Below, piece by piece: positions 35,954 to 43,927 of a stretch of DNA of 64,000 nucleotides. How positions within the stretch are numbered: the first letter of the stretch is position 1; the number at the start of each line of letters is the position of its first letter. Location of the stretch: the NCBI GenBank assembly GCA_947649125.1, contig CANSQL010000005.1, forward strand, positions 8,401 to 72,400, given 5' to 3'. This stretch comes from an uncultured Erysipelotrichaceae bacterium (GTDB taxonomy: Bacteria > Bacillota_I > Bacilli_A > Erysipelotrichales > Erysipelotrichaceae). The notes under the pieces are model-generated. The model ran no database searches, was not told where the DNA came from, and was given only the letters and a program-made list of their open reading frames with translations. The translations under genes were made by a program, and so were the position numbers.

Positions 35954-36418
35954 ATGAATTACGGCTATTTAACAACACCGATCGGTCTGTTGAAAATCGG
36001 TGCGGATTCTATCGGAATATGCGAGGTAATTTTTTGTGAAAATAAAACAGAAGCGGAGAGCACTAATCCCTTGCTTGAACAAGCAAAGCAGCAGCTTCGG
36101 GAATATTTTGACGGAAAACGAAAGGAATTCGATTTACCGCTTCATATTTTAAAGGGTACTGCATTTCAGCGCTTATGCTGGGATGCATTGCTTAAAATTC
36201 CTTACGGAGAAACACGCAGCTACTATGAACAGGCTGTAAGCATTGAACATGCGAAGGCAGTACGAGCGGTAGGGGGAGCGAACCATCATAATCCGATTTC
36301 AATTATAATTCCCTGTCATCGCGTGATTGCGAAAAACGGAACACTGTGCGGTTACGGCGGGGGATTAGAGCGAAAGGAATTTCTGCTGCGATTAGAGGCA
36401 GGTACAGATCATGAGTAA
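35954..36418 (+). CDS. ogt: Methylated-DNA--protein-cysteine methyltransferase
   Basis: Active-site motif IPCHRV. The start is set at ATG 35954. Confidence 0.9.
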   Translation: MNYGYLTTPIGLLKIGADSIGICEVIFCENKTEAESTNPLLEQAKQQLREYFDGKRKEFDLPLHILKGTAFQRLCWDALLKIPYGETRSYYEQAVSIEHAKAVRAVGGANHHNPISIIIPCHRVIAKNGTLCGYGGGLERKEFLLRLEAGTDHE

Positions 36419-37391
36419 GGTTATTTTCTATGTCGGCACAAATCATAATCAATCAGCCGGAGTCTATCGATATCAGCTTGATACCTTGAAGGGAGCTATC
36501 GAAGGCGGTTCACTTTATTACGACTGTTCTTCCTTTCAAACATTTCATTATTCTCGTTTTGAATTATTGGTATCGGCACAAAAGGAAAACGATCCTGCAG
36601 TCATTTACTTAGATTGTCATCAGGAAAAGCCCTATCAAATGGATAAACGGATGATGACTGATTCCCTTGACTGTGATATTATCCAAGCGGATCAATTTGT
36701 TTATACGGCAAATGATATATCGAATATTATTACTGTTTATAAAAAAGAAGGCGGTAAATTAAGACTCGTGAAGCGCATCAAGCTAAAGGAAAATGCCCGG
36801 TGTAAGCAGATACTGATTTATGAAAATACCATCTATATCGTATGTAAAGGCAGTGATATGATTTTACGCTATGATAAAGAAACACTGGAGCCATCTGATA
36901 GACATATCGAGCTGGCAAGGGGAAGTGCTCCCGAAGCTCTGTTGATTCATCAAAGCGGAGAATATCTCTATATCCTCAGCAAGGAAGCCAATGAAATCTA
37001 TGTTTATAAGATCGGTAAGCACGGAACCTATCGCTGTCAACAAATCTGTTCTTTATTGCCGAAAGGGTGGCGTAAGTCCTGTATCAGCCGCAAAATGCTG
37101 CTTTCTCCAAACGGAAAATACTTATATGTTTTAATAGACGGTGTATCCGCAGTTGCTTGTTTTGAAATCGTTCACGGAAATCTGAAGGAGTGCGGTATGA
37201 TGGAAAGCGGCGGTTTGAATCCTTATGATGCACTCATTGATGAAACGGGCAGGTGGATGCTTGTACTCCATAAGGACAGCGATAATCTGATTGTCTTTGA
37301 AATGAATCCTGAAAGCGGTGAGGCAATCAAAATTACTGATGAAAAGATTCTGTCCTGCGGTATGCAGCTGACATGGGCCTATCGTATTTAA
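36411..37391 (+). CDS. Beta-propeller lactonase-family protein (6-phosphogluconolactonase-like)
   Basis: Its length and repeated YV/YI blade-like segments fit the family. It overlaps the ogt stop by 8 nt. The family call is tentative. Confidence 0.6.
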   Translation: MSKVIFYVGTNHNQSAGVYRYQLDTLKGAIEGGSLYYDCSSFQTFHYSRFELLVSAQKENDPAVIYLDCHQEKPYQMDKRMMTDSLDCDIIQADQFVYTANDISNIITVYKKEGGKLRLVKRIKLKENARCKQILIYENTIYIVCKGSDMILRYDKETLEPSDRHIELARGSAPEALLIHQSGEYLYILSKEANEIYVYKIGKHGTYRCQQICSLLPKGWRKSCISRKMLLSPNGKYLYVLIDGVSAVACFEIVHGNLKECGMMESGGLNPYDALIDETGRWMLVLHKDSDNLIVFEMNPESGEAIKITDEKILSCGMQLTWAYRI

Positions 37392-37401
37392 ATGAATAAA
37401 T

Positions 37402-37425
37402 AAAAGACTGCAGCCGCAGTCTTTT
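37402..37425. terminator. Bidirectional terminator between convergent genes
   Basis: AAAAGACTGC-agcc-GCAGTCTTTT. Confidence 0.8.
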
Positions 37426-37452
37426 ATGATGCTTATCAAATAAACTGATATT

Positions 37453-38895
37453 TTATGCCGTTAATTTCTCATAGACATCTAACGGTTCTAATACTTCAAT
37501 ATTTTCAATCGGATTATCTACTAAGCGAAGCTCAATCAGATTTTTCAGCTTCAATAACGGCGTTACATCCGTAATATAATTTGCCTTCAATGTCAGTGAT
37601 GTCAAATAACGCAAGCCCTCCAACGGCTGTAAATCATAAATACCGTTATGATCCAAGCGCAATGAAACAAGATTGATAAGCTTCTTTAACGGCTTAAGAT
37701 CGGTAATTACATTTGCGTATAAATCCAGTGTTCCCAGATTACTTAATTCGGCCAACGGTGTTAAATCCTTGATATTGTTGTTGGCTAAGCCCAAGCCCTC
37801 CAGGTTCTTCATCTCAGAAAGACAAGTGATATCCTTGATATTATTGTTTCCCACATCAAGATTCGTCATTTCCACACAGTCCTTCAACACCTCAATCGTT
37901 TCAATATTATTGTTGAACAGATTCAATTCCTTGATATGCTTCGCATTCTTTAAGAAATCAATGCTTTTGATTCCGCAGCTGCTCGCCTTAAAATAACGCA
38001 GGTTCTTCATATGCTTTAACGCCTCACAGTGCTGAATGCGATTATCCGAAATATCCAATTTCTCCATATCGTCAAGCTTTGATAAAATACGCAGATCACT
38101 GAAGCCGCATTGCAGTACCCTTAAATCCTTTAGGTGCTTCAGCTTGCTTAGAAACGAGAAATCCTCAAGTTCATTATAAGAAATATTCAGCTCCTCTAAA
38201 TCAGGCAAATCCGCTAAAACAGAATAATCCTTCAAGTAACAATTATTCGCCAAATTCAAGCTTTTTAAATGCTTCATTGAGGAAATCGGTGACAGATCGG
38301 AAAACAGATTCGTCGATAAATCAAGCTTTTCCAACTGTGCCAAATAAGTCAAATCAGAGATTTCATACATCCACATTTTACTTAAATGAAGCTCCTTCAA
38401 TTCTTTCAGCGTACCTAAGATACCGAAAGGAAAGCGCCCGCCTTCAATACCCAGCCATAAGCGTTTCAAGCGATGACAGCCCTCTAAATAGGTTATGGAA
38501 TCTACCTTACAGCGATTCAAGTTCAATTCCTCAAGATTGCTCATTGTATTGATTGCCGAAATATCCATGACATACAAATTATTTCTTGAAAGATTCAAGC
38601 GTTTTAAATTACGAGCATTGTGAAGAGCCGTAATATCACGCAAAAGGTTTTTACTGAGGTCAATTACCTCAAGACTGCGTAAATTACGCAGCGGATTTAA
38701 TACCTCAATGTTATTGCCCGATAAATCGAGATAGGTCAAATTTTCACAGTACTCTAAGCCGTCCAAGGATTGAATTTCCATTCCTCGCGCATGAATTTCT
38801 GTGATTGTGTGTAAATCATCGGTTGTGATGTTGGCTTTCTCTTTATGAAGTGAACGCGCAATCGCTTCTGCCAGCATATGATCTTTTATCAGCAT
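37453..38895 (-). CDS. Leucine-rich repeat (internalin-like, ~22-residue LRR) protein without a signal peptide
   Basis: About 20 repeats of LxxLxLxxNxIxDIxxL. The start is at ATG 38895 with RBS GGAGGA. The upstream extension in the ORF track has no RBS. Confidence 0.85.
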   Translation of the reverse strand: MLIKDHMLAEAIARSLHKEKANITTDDLHTITEIHARGMEIQSLDGLEYCENLTYLDLSGNNIEVLNPLRNLRSLEVIDLSKNLLRDITALHNARNLKRLNLSRNNLYVMDISAINTMSNLEELNLNRCKVDSITYLEGCHRLKRLWLGIEGGRFPFGILGTLKELKELHLSKMWMYEISDLTYLAQLEKLDLSTNLFSDLSPISSMKHLKSLNLANNCYLKDYSVLADLPDLEELNISYNELEDFSFLSKLKHLKDLRVLQCGFSDLRILSKLDDMEKLDISDNRIQHCEALKHMKNLRYFKASSCGIKSIDFLKNAKHIKELNLFNNNIETIEVLKDCVEMTNLDVGNNNIKDITCLSEMKNLEGLGLANNNIKDLTPLAELSNLGTLDLYANVITDLKPLKKLINLVSLRLDHNGIYDLQPLEGLRYLTSLTLKANYITDVTPLLKLKNLIELRLVDNPIENIEVLEPLDVYEKLTA

Positions 38896-39051
38896 ACTAT
38901 TCCTCCGCATTTCATATATTCTTATTATACCGCAAATGCAAGAATTTAGAAATGGATAATTGCATACTTTTTCAATAAAAGAAAACGGTATCATATTTAT
39001 AGTGCACATACTTATAAAAAAATGCTATAATAAAGAAAAGGGAGTGATGAT

Positions 39052-39543
39052 ATGGATCGCTTAGAGATGATACGAATGAAGGTAGATCGCATGATTCAGG
39101 ATTTAGCGAGTAAAAGTGAGCGTAAGTTTGCCTATATTCATCTTTACGGCACCTCACAGTTTGCGACAATGCTTGCTGTCAGACATCATGTAGATGCAGT
39201 AGTAGCAGCTGTTGCGGCAATGCTTCATGATATAGCTTCCTATGCTTATAATGTGGGTGAGGCGGAGCATGCGAAAAAAAGTGCTGAGATTGCACAAAAG
39301 CTGTTGAGTGAAAGCGATATGTTTTCTAAAGAGGAAATCAAACTGATTACGCATGCGATATTGGTTCATTCCGATAAGCAGACAAAGGATGATAATATTT
39401 ATGCGGAAATATTAAAGGATGCAGATGTTATGTCTCATTATTTTTATAATCCTAAAATTGAAATTACCGATAAAGAGCGTGTGCGCTTATATTATATATT
39501 GGAAATGCTTGAGCTTAAGGAATCTGAGGTTTCAACTAATTAG
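39052..39543 (+). CDS. HD-domain protein (metal-dependent phosphohydrolase superfamily)
   Basis: H...HD (MLHDIASY) and later H/D residues (HSD, DAD) at HD-domain spacing. Confidence 0.7.
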   Translation: MDRLEMIRMKVDRMIQDLASKSERKFAYIHLYGTSQFATMLAVRHHVDAVVAAVAAMLHDIASYAYNVGEAEHAKKSAEIAQKLLSESDMFSKEEIKLITHAILVHSDKQTKDDNIYAEILKDADVMSHYFYNPKIEITDKERVRLYYILEMLELKESEVSTN

Positions 39544-39581
39544 GTATGGATCAAGACAAGGTTTTAAAATAGGAATAAGAA

Positions 39582-39611
39582 AACAGCTCTGTATCAATCA
39601 ATAGAGCTGTT
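39582..39611. terminator. Bidirectional terminator
   Basis: AACAGCTCT-N12-AGAGCTGTT between convergent genes. Confidence 0.75.
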
Positions 39612-39653
39612 ATATCGTTAAAGCAATGCAACAGGATGAATACAGGTATACAA

Positions 39654-41543
39654 TTATTTATTTGACAGCTTTTGATAATCGTACGGTTTATTCATCGCTG
39701 TTTTTTTATTCTTACTGTCTTTGTTTTTGCTGTCCTTTTGAAACAGCCTCGATTTATTCTTATTGCCTGCTTCATAATACAGTGCGTTTTTGATCGTATT
39801 CAAAGAGCTGTCTAAGGCGCGCATCCAGTAGATCGTTGATTGTGCATCGGCATTGGCATGGAAGTACCATATCGGTGCATCTAAGGGGATTGATGTGAAT
39901 TTCTTTCCCCAGATATCCGTAATATCGAATATCCACGCATACGGAAGCATATCCTCAAAATAATACGGATTATCATATAAGTAGGTCGTCAGCTGTTCAC
40001 TGTTGGCCGTTCTGATATATTGACGTAAGGATAATAAACGCAGATACAGATTACGTCCGTAAAAGGTTCTGCGGTCCATAAAGATAATGATGCAGGCAAA
40101 CAGCAGCGTTAAAACAAAGTTGATTGCGGCATAAACGACCGGTGTTTGATTCATTAATAGATAGCGGTAAAGCAGTGCACCGGTTATAAAGTTTATCAGC
40201 ATTGTCAACACCCGATACACATCCTGTGTGCTTTTTGATTGCTTACTGCGCTTTTTAAATAACCATACCCAAGGCAGACAGTTTACATAAATAATACCGG
40301 CACAGCTGAATGCATAACTGAGACTCTTTGAAAACTGATATTGCTGCTCATAGATACAGGCAAACATCGTCAATGCGAGCGGTATACAGACTGCCGGTAT
40401 GGAAAGAATTTGCCAAAGGTAAGAGGTATTCGCATAAATCGGCTTTTTCCTTTGCTGCTCCTGTGCGGCAAGTATTTCCTTTTCGATCGCAAGCATTTGC
40501 TTCTTTAGATTTCTTTCCTTTAATTGATCGATCGTAACCATTGTATATTGGGTAAATATCAAGTCAAATAAATGTTGCTCATACGGTTTTGCATTTTGCG
40601 GCAGCTCATTGATGATGACAAGTGCTATCGTTTGATTTTCATCACGTATCTGAATATAGTTTTGATTTGCCCATTCAATTAAAATTGAAATGATATCGGC
40701 TTCATCAACAATGCCGTCAAGAATATAGCCTAAGGAACCGATTTCTATTTCCTTGATCGGGTAACTTTCCTTCAGCATGTCTTTTTTATGAAACCGATTG
40801 CTGTGGATAATGCCGAAATAACAGCCCATCACAAGAATAATAGAAAATATCGAAAAGAATAAATGCAGCGTCAGCGGATGAGAATAGTTGAAAAAGAAGT
40901 TTTTTAATGTCGCAAAGACCATGATTCCCTGTCCTGCCTTTAAAGCCTGCAAGGAAGTGATTTGAATCGTTTTATCCATGATGCTTGCATTTAAAGAGTT
41001 GCTGCGGTTCAGTCCTTGATCGACCTGATAAACATCAAAGCCGGTATCGGGGCGGTTGGGAAGTGTGATCGAGGCATTGAAGTTTTCAATGGTTCCGCTG
41101 TGGTTGGGAGAAATTAATTGATAAAGGAAAATATTGGCGTCTTCTGCATCATAGCGGCGAAAGCGCACCTGATAGTGGATAATGATATTTGCATCGGGCT
41201 TTTCTAGGGTAAGCCGCAAACGATGGGCACCGTTTTCATAGCTTGTGGTATAATCGGCACCCTCTACGCGAATACTGCTGATTTCATAAGCATAAATCTC
41301 GGGTGTGCCGTCCCGATCGGCATCATAGCTGTAATCCTGCAGGATATCCTTTTCAAAGGTCATGGAAGGATTGTCCTTAAAGGTGATGTTTTCCTCGACC
41401 TTCATGACGGCACTCTTATCAATATCGGCATGAATCTGATAGCTTGATATCGTATAGGTTTGTGCCGCAGAAGCAGGAAAAAAGCAGGTACAAAGACATA
41501 GGGCAAATATCCATAGGAAGATGATTTTAGCTTTTTTTCTCAT
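39654..41543 (-). CDS. DUF2207-like membrane protein (signal peptide, extracytoplasmic domain, multiple TM helices)
   Basis: ATG 41543 has RBS AAAGGAG and signal MRKKAKIIFLWIFALCLC. The architecture resembles DUF2207. The ORF-track 5' extension runs into a tRNA gene. Confidence 0.65.
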   Translation of the reverse strand: MRKKAKIIFLWIFALCLCTCFFPASAAQTYTISSYQIHADIDKSAVMKVEENITFKDNPSMTFEKDILQDYSYDADRDGTPEIYAYEISSIRVEGADYTTSYENGAHRLRLTLEKPDANIIIHYQVRFRRYDAEDANIFLYQLISPNHSGTIENFNASITLPNRPDTGFDVYQVDQGLNRSNSLNASIMDKTIQITSLQALKAGQGIMVFATLKNFFFNYSHPLTLHLFFSIFSIILVMGCYFGIIHSNRFHKKDMLKESYPIKEIEIGSLGYILDGIVDEADIISILIEWANQNYIQIRDENQTIALVIINELPQNAKPYEQHLFDLIFTQYTMVTIDQLKERNLKKQMLAIEKEILAAQEQQRKKPIYANTSYLWQILSIPAVCIPLALTMFACIYEQQYQFSKSLSYAFSCAGIIYVNCLPWVWLFKKRSKQSKSTQDVYRVLTMLINFITGALLYRYLLMNQTPVVYAAINFVLTLLFACIIIFMDRRTFYGRNLYLRLLSLRQYIRTANSEQLTTYLYDNPYYFEDMLPYAWIFDITDIWGKKFTSIPLDAPIWYFHANADAQSTIYWMRALDSSLNTIKNALYYEAGNKNKSRLFQKDSKNKDSKNKKTAMNKPYDYQKLSNK

Positions 41544-41576
41544 TGTCCTGCTCCTTTCTGTTTTTTCACTGCACGC

Positions 41577-41605
41577 TTTTCTATTTCGTATATTTGTGTT
41601 AAAAT
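41577..41605 (+). promoter_or_regulatory. Candidate extended -10 promoter for the tRNA-Arg pair (TGtTAAAAT)
   Basis: TG-n-TAAAAT lies at 41597-41605, about 10 nt before the tRNA. The -35 is weak. Confidence 0.4.
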
Positions 41606-41615
41606 ATAAGCACCC

Positions 41616-41692
41616 GTGCCCGTGGCGCAATTGGATAGCGCATTTGATTCCGATTCAAAAGGTTGCAGGTTCGATTCCTGTCGGGTGCGCCA
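41616..41692 (+). tRNA. tRNA-Arg (anticodon CCG)
   Basis: Cloverleaf folded by hand. Acceptor GTGCCCG/CGGGTGC; D arm GCGC-AATTGGATA-GCGC. Anticodon arm TTTGA-TTCCGAT-TCAAA; T arm GCAGG-TTCGATT-CCTGT. CCA is encoded. Confidence 0.85.
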
Positions 41693-41699
41693 TTTTTAT

Positions 41700-41774
41700 G
41701 CCCTCTTGGTGAAATGGATATCACAGGATCCTCCTAAGATCTAATTGTAGGTTCGATTCCTACAGAGGGTGCCA
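41700..41774 (+). tRNA. tRNA-Arg (anticodon CCT)
   Basis: Acceptor GCCCTCT/AGAGGGT; anticodon arm GGATC-CTCCTAA-GATCT. T arm GTAGG-TTCGATT-CCTAC. CCA is encoded. Confidence 0.85.
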
Positions 41775-41955
41775 TTATAGATAAGCAGCGCGAGCTGTTT
41801 TTTTATTGTCGAATAATCACAACAATTATATCATAATTCATAGGCTTATGGGTAAGAATATGTATCAGATGTGAAAACGGGAGAGAATTTTGCGCTTTCC
41901 TTCATTAGGATATGAAACGGATAAGGTACTAGTCAGGAAAATTTATGTAATCTGC

Positions 41956-41984
41956 TTGACAAACGGCGTATTTCCAAGTAAAAT
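41956..41984 (+). promoter_or_regulatory. Consensus SigA promoter (TTGACA-N17-TAAAAT) for tRNA-Gln
   Basis: Read directly. The -10 ends 16 nt before the tRNA 5' end. Confidence 0.7.
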
Positions 41985-42000
41985 AGTACCGTTCTGATAT

Positions 42001-42076
42001 TGGGGTATAGCCAAGCGGTAAGGCACCAGACTCTGAATCTGGCATTTCCTTGGTTCGAATCCAAGTACCCCAGCCA
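42001..42076 (+). tRNA. tRNA-Gln (anticodon CTG)
   Basis: TGGGGTATAGCCAAGCGGTAAGGC... is typical of bacterial tRNA-Gln. Anticodon arm CCAGA-CTCTGAA-TCTGG; T arm CTTGG-TTCGAAT-CCAAG. CCA is encoded. Confidence 0.9.
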
Positions 42077-42086
42077 TATGATAATA

Positions 42087-42112
42087 AAAGTCTTTGAATA
42101 AAGGCTTTTTTT
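42087..42112 (+). terminator. Rho-independent terminator after tRNA-Gln
   Basis: AAAGTCTTT-gaat-AAAGGCTTT followed by a T run. Confidence 0.75.
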
Positions 42113-42308
42113 GTGCTTTGATATAGAAAACCCGAAAAAAAACCAGAAAATACGCAGGATTTATTTCGTGGTAATCAAATGCTTATAAAATGAGATAGTG
42201 TTAAGATGCTGTAAATGATACAGGATTAAAAAGTAACTGTCTTTTTTATAAATGAAGAATATCACAAAAATGAACTGTTTTCGATAATTTCAAATACTTT
42301 CGATACGA

Positions 42309-43583
42309 TCAATCTTTCAGGCATCCGATGGGTACGATATATACACCGTCTTGTCTACGATAAGCATAATCACCGATACCAATTAAAATCATTAAAAAGG
42401 AAGGGGATTTCATTTTTGTTGTATCTATTTTATTACTCAGCTTTTTCAGATTTTCGGCAGCTTCCTCGATCAGCTTGTCACCACCGAGTTTGATTTCAAT
42501 TAAACCATAAGAACCGTTCCTTAAATGAACGACTGCATCACATTCGAGATCAGTCTTATCTCGATAATGATACACTTGCCCGTTTAATTTATCACTGAAT
42601 ACTCTCAAATCACGAATACACATTGTTTTAAAGAATAATCCGAAGGTTTTTAAGTCACCGATCAGGTCTTCGGGTCCCAGTCCCAATGCAGCTGTGGCAA
42701 TGGAAGAATCGATAAAATAACGAGTATCTGAGGTACGTAAAGCCGTTTTAGAGCGTAAATTCGGATTCCAAGCTGCCATTTCCTCTATTACGAATATTCT
42801 TTTCAAAGCATTGATATAGGAATATACAGTGTCAGGATTAAGAGTATCAGCTTCATTTGCGGCTATATCTGCACAGATAAGTGAGTTTGTTGCTTGAGTT
42901 CCTTGATTACGTGCATAAGAGCGCATCAAACGCTTTACTCGTTCAGGATTTCTTGACACGCCGTCAGCACGTGATATATCTGATTTTACAACTGCATCAA
43001 AGTAATCAAACGCTTGTTCCAACGCGATTTCATCTTCTAAATCGGCAGCTCTCGGCCAGCCTCCGCGACAAACAAGAAAAGCCAGCCTGCTAAAATCAAT
43101 AGGATTCATTCCTTCAATTTGTTTCGGTGCATCGAAAAGCTCTTTAAGACTTACATCACCGGTAGAATCTAAGGATTCATATAGGCTCATAGGCCGCATC
43201 ATGATCCATGAAAAACGACCGGTGCCTGTATGATGAATTTGCTCATTGCTTGCAGGGGTTGCAGAGCCGGTTAAAATAAATTGACCGAATTCATCTCGAT
43301 GATCTACCTCAAAGCGAATCGCATCCCATAGCTTCGGAGCAATTTGCCATTCATCAATTAATCGCGGTGTTGCGCCCTTTAACAGCACTTTAGGACTTAA
43401 GTCGGCCATCGATAAATTCTGCTTTTCCTTTTCGGGATCGGCCATGTAAAGAATGCTCCCTGCCATCTGTTCGGCTGTTGTTGTCTTACCGCACCATTTC
43501 GGTCCTTCGATTAATACCGCACCTTTGCCTGATAAGCGTTTTTTCAGTATTTCGTCAGCAATTCGTTTTTTATATTTTTTCAT
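42309..43583 (-). CDS. AAA+ ATPase of the COG1373 type (AAA_14 + DUF4143-like)
   Basis: P-loop GPKWCGKTT, an IDEWQ Walker B-like segment and a length of ~420 aa. RBS GAGGAG. Confidence 0.8.
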   Translation of the reverse strand: MKKYKKRIADEILKKRLSGKGAVLIEGPKWCGKTTTAEQMAGSILYMADPEKEKQNLSMADLSPKVLLKGATPRLIDEWQIAPKLWDAIRFEVDHRDEFGQFILTGSATPASNEQIHHTGTGRFSWIMMRPMSLYESLDSTGDVSLKELFDAPKQIEGMNPIDFSRLAFLVCRGGWPRAADLEDEIALEQAFDYFDAVVKSDISRADGVSRNPERVKRLMRSYARNQGTQATNSLICADIAANEADTLNPDTVYSYINALKRIFVIEEMAAWNPNLRSKTALRTSDTRYFIDSSIATAALGLGPEDLIGDLKTFGLFFKTMCIRDLRVFSDKLNGQVYHYRDKTDLECDAVVHLRNGSYGLIEIKLGGDKLIEEAAENLKKLSNKIDTTKMKSPSFLMILIGIGDYAYRRQDGVYIVPIGCLKD

Positions 43584-43652
43584 ATTGATGAAGTCTCCTC
43601 TGCATGCGTATATCTATAGTATAAGCCCTTTTAATGAATTATTCAATAATTA

Positions 43653-43744
43653 TCGGCAGTTTGGCTCAAAATTTTTCGGCAGTTTGGCTGGATATTTTTC
43701 GGCAGTTTGGACATATTTTGTTCGGCAGTTTGGCATTTATTTTT
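43653..43744. repeat. Four direct repeats of TCGGCAGTTTGG at an exact 23-bp period (iteron-like array)
   Basis: Copies start at 43653, 43676, 43699 and 43722. Each is preceded or followed by a T-rich segment. The array lies 70-160 nt upstream of the ATPase ATG at 43583. Confidence 0.9.
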
Positions 43745-43927
43745 GTTTTCATCACTTCTGATACAGCTGTTGATATCCTATGAGATAAAACTGATTCAGG
43801 AAACAATGTGTCTGTTTGAAATGCCGTACTACTGCCAAGGCGGTGAATGTTCATAAAAACAACGGTTTCTCATGGCTTTTTTTATGGTTTTGCGATACAA
43901 TTAGAGAAGCTATAAGGAGGATTGAAT

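Noticed and set aside
41544-41630. 5' extension of the DUF2207 ORF to 41630
   Set aside because: It would overlap the tRNA-Arg(CCG) gene and its promoter on the opposite strand. ATG 41543 has an AAAGGAG RBS and starts a signal peptide.
43653-43744. Possible CRISPR array
   Set aside because: The repeats are only ~12-15 nt long and the intervening 8-11 nt are similar T-rich sequences rather than unique spacers. There are only four units and no cas genes, so this is treated as an iteron-like binding array instead.
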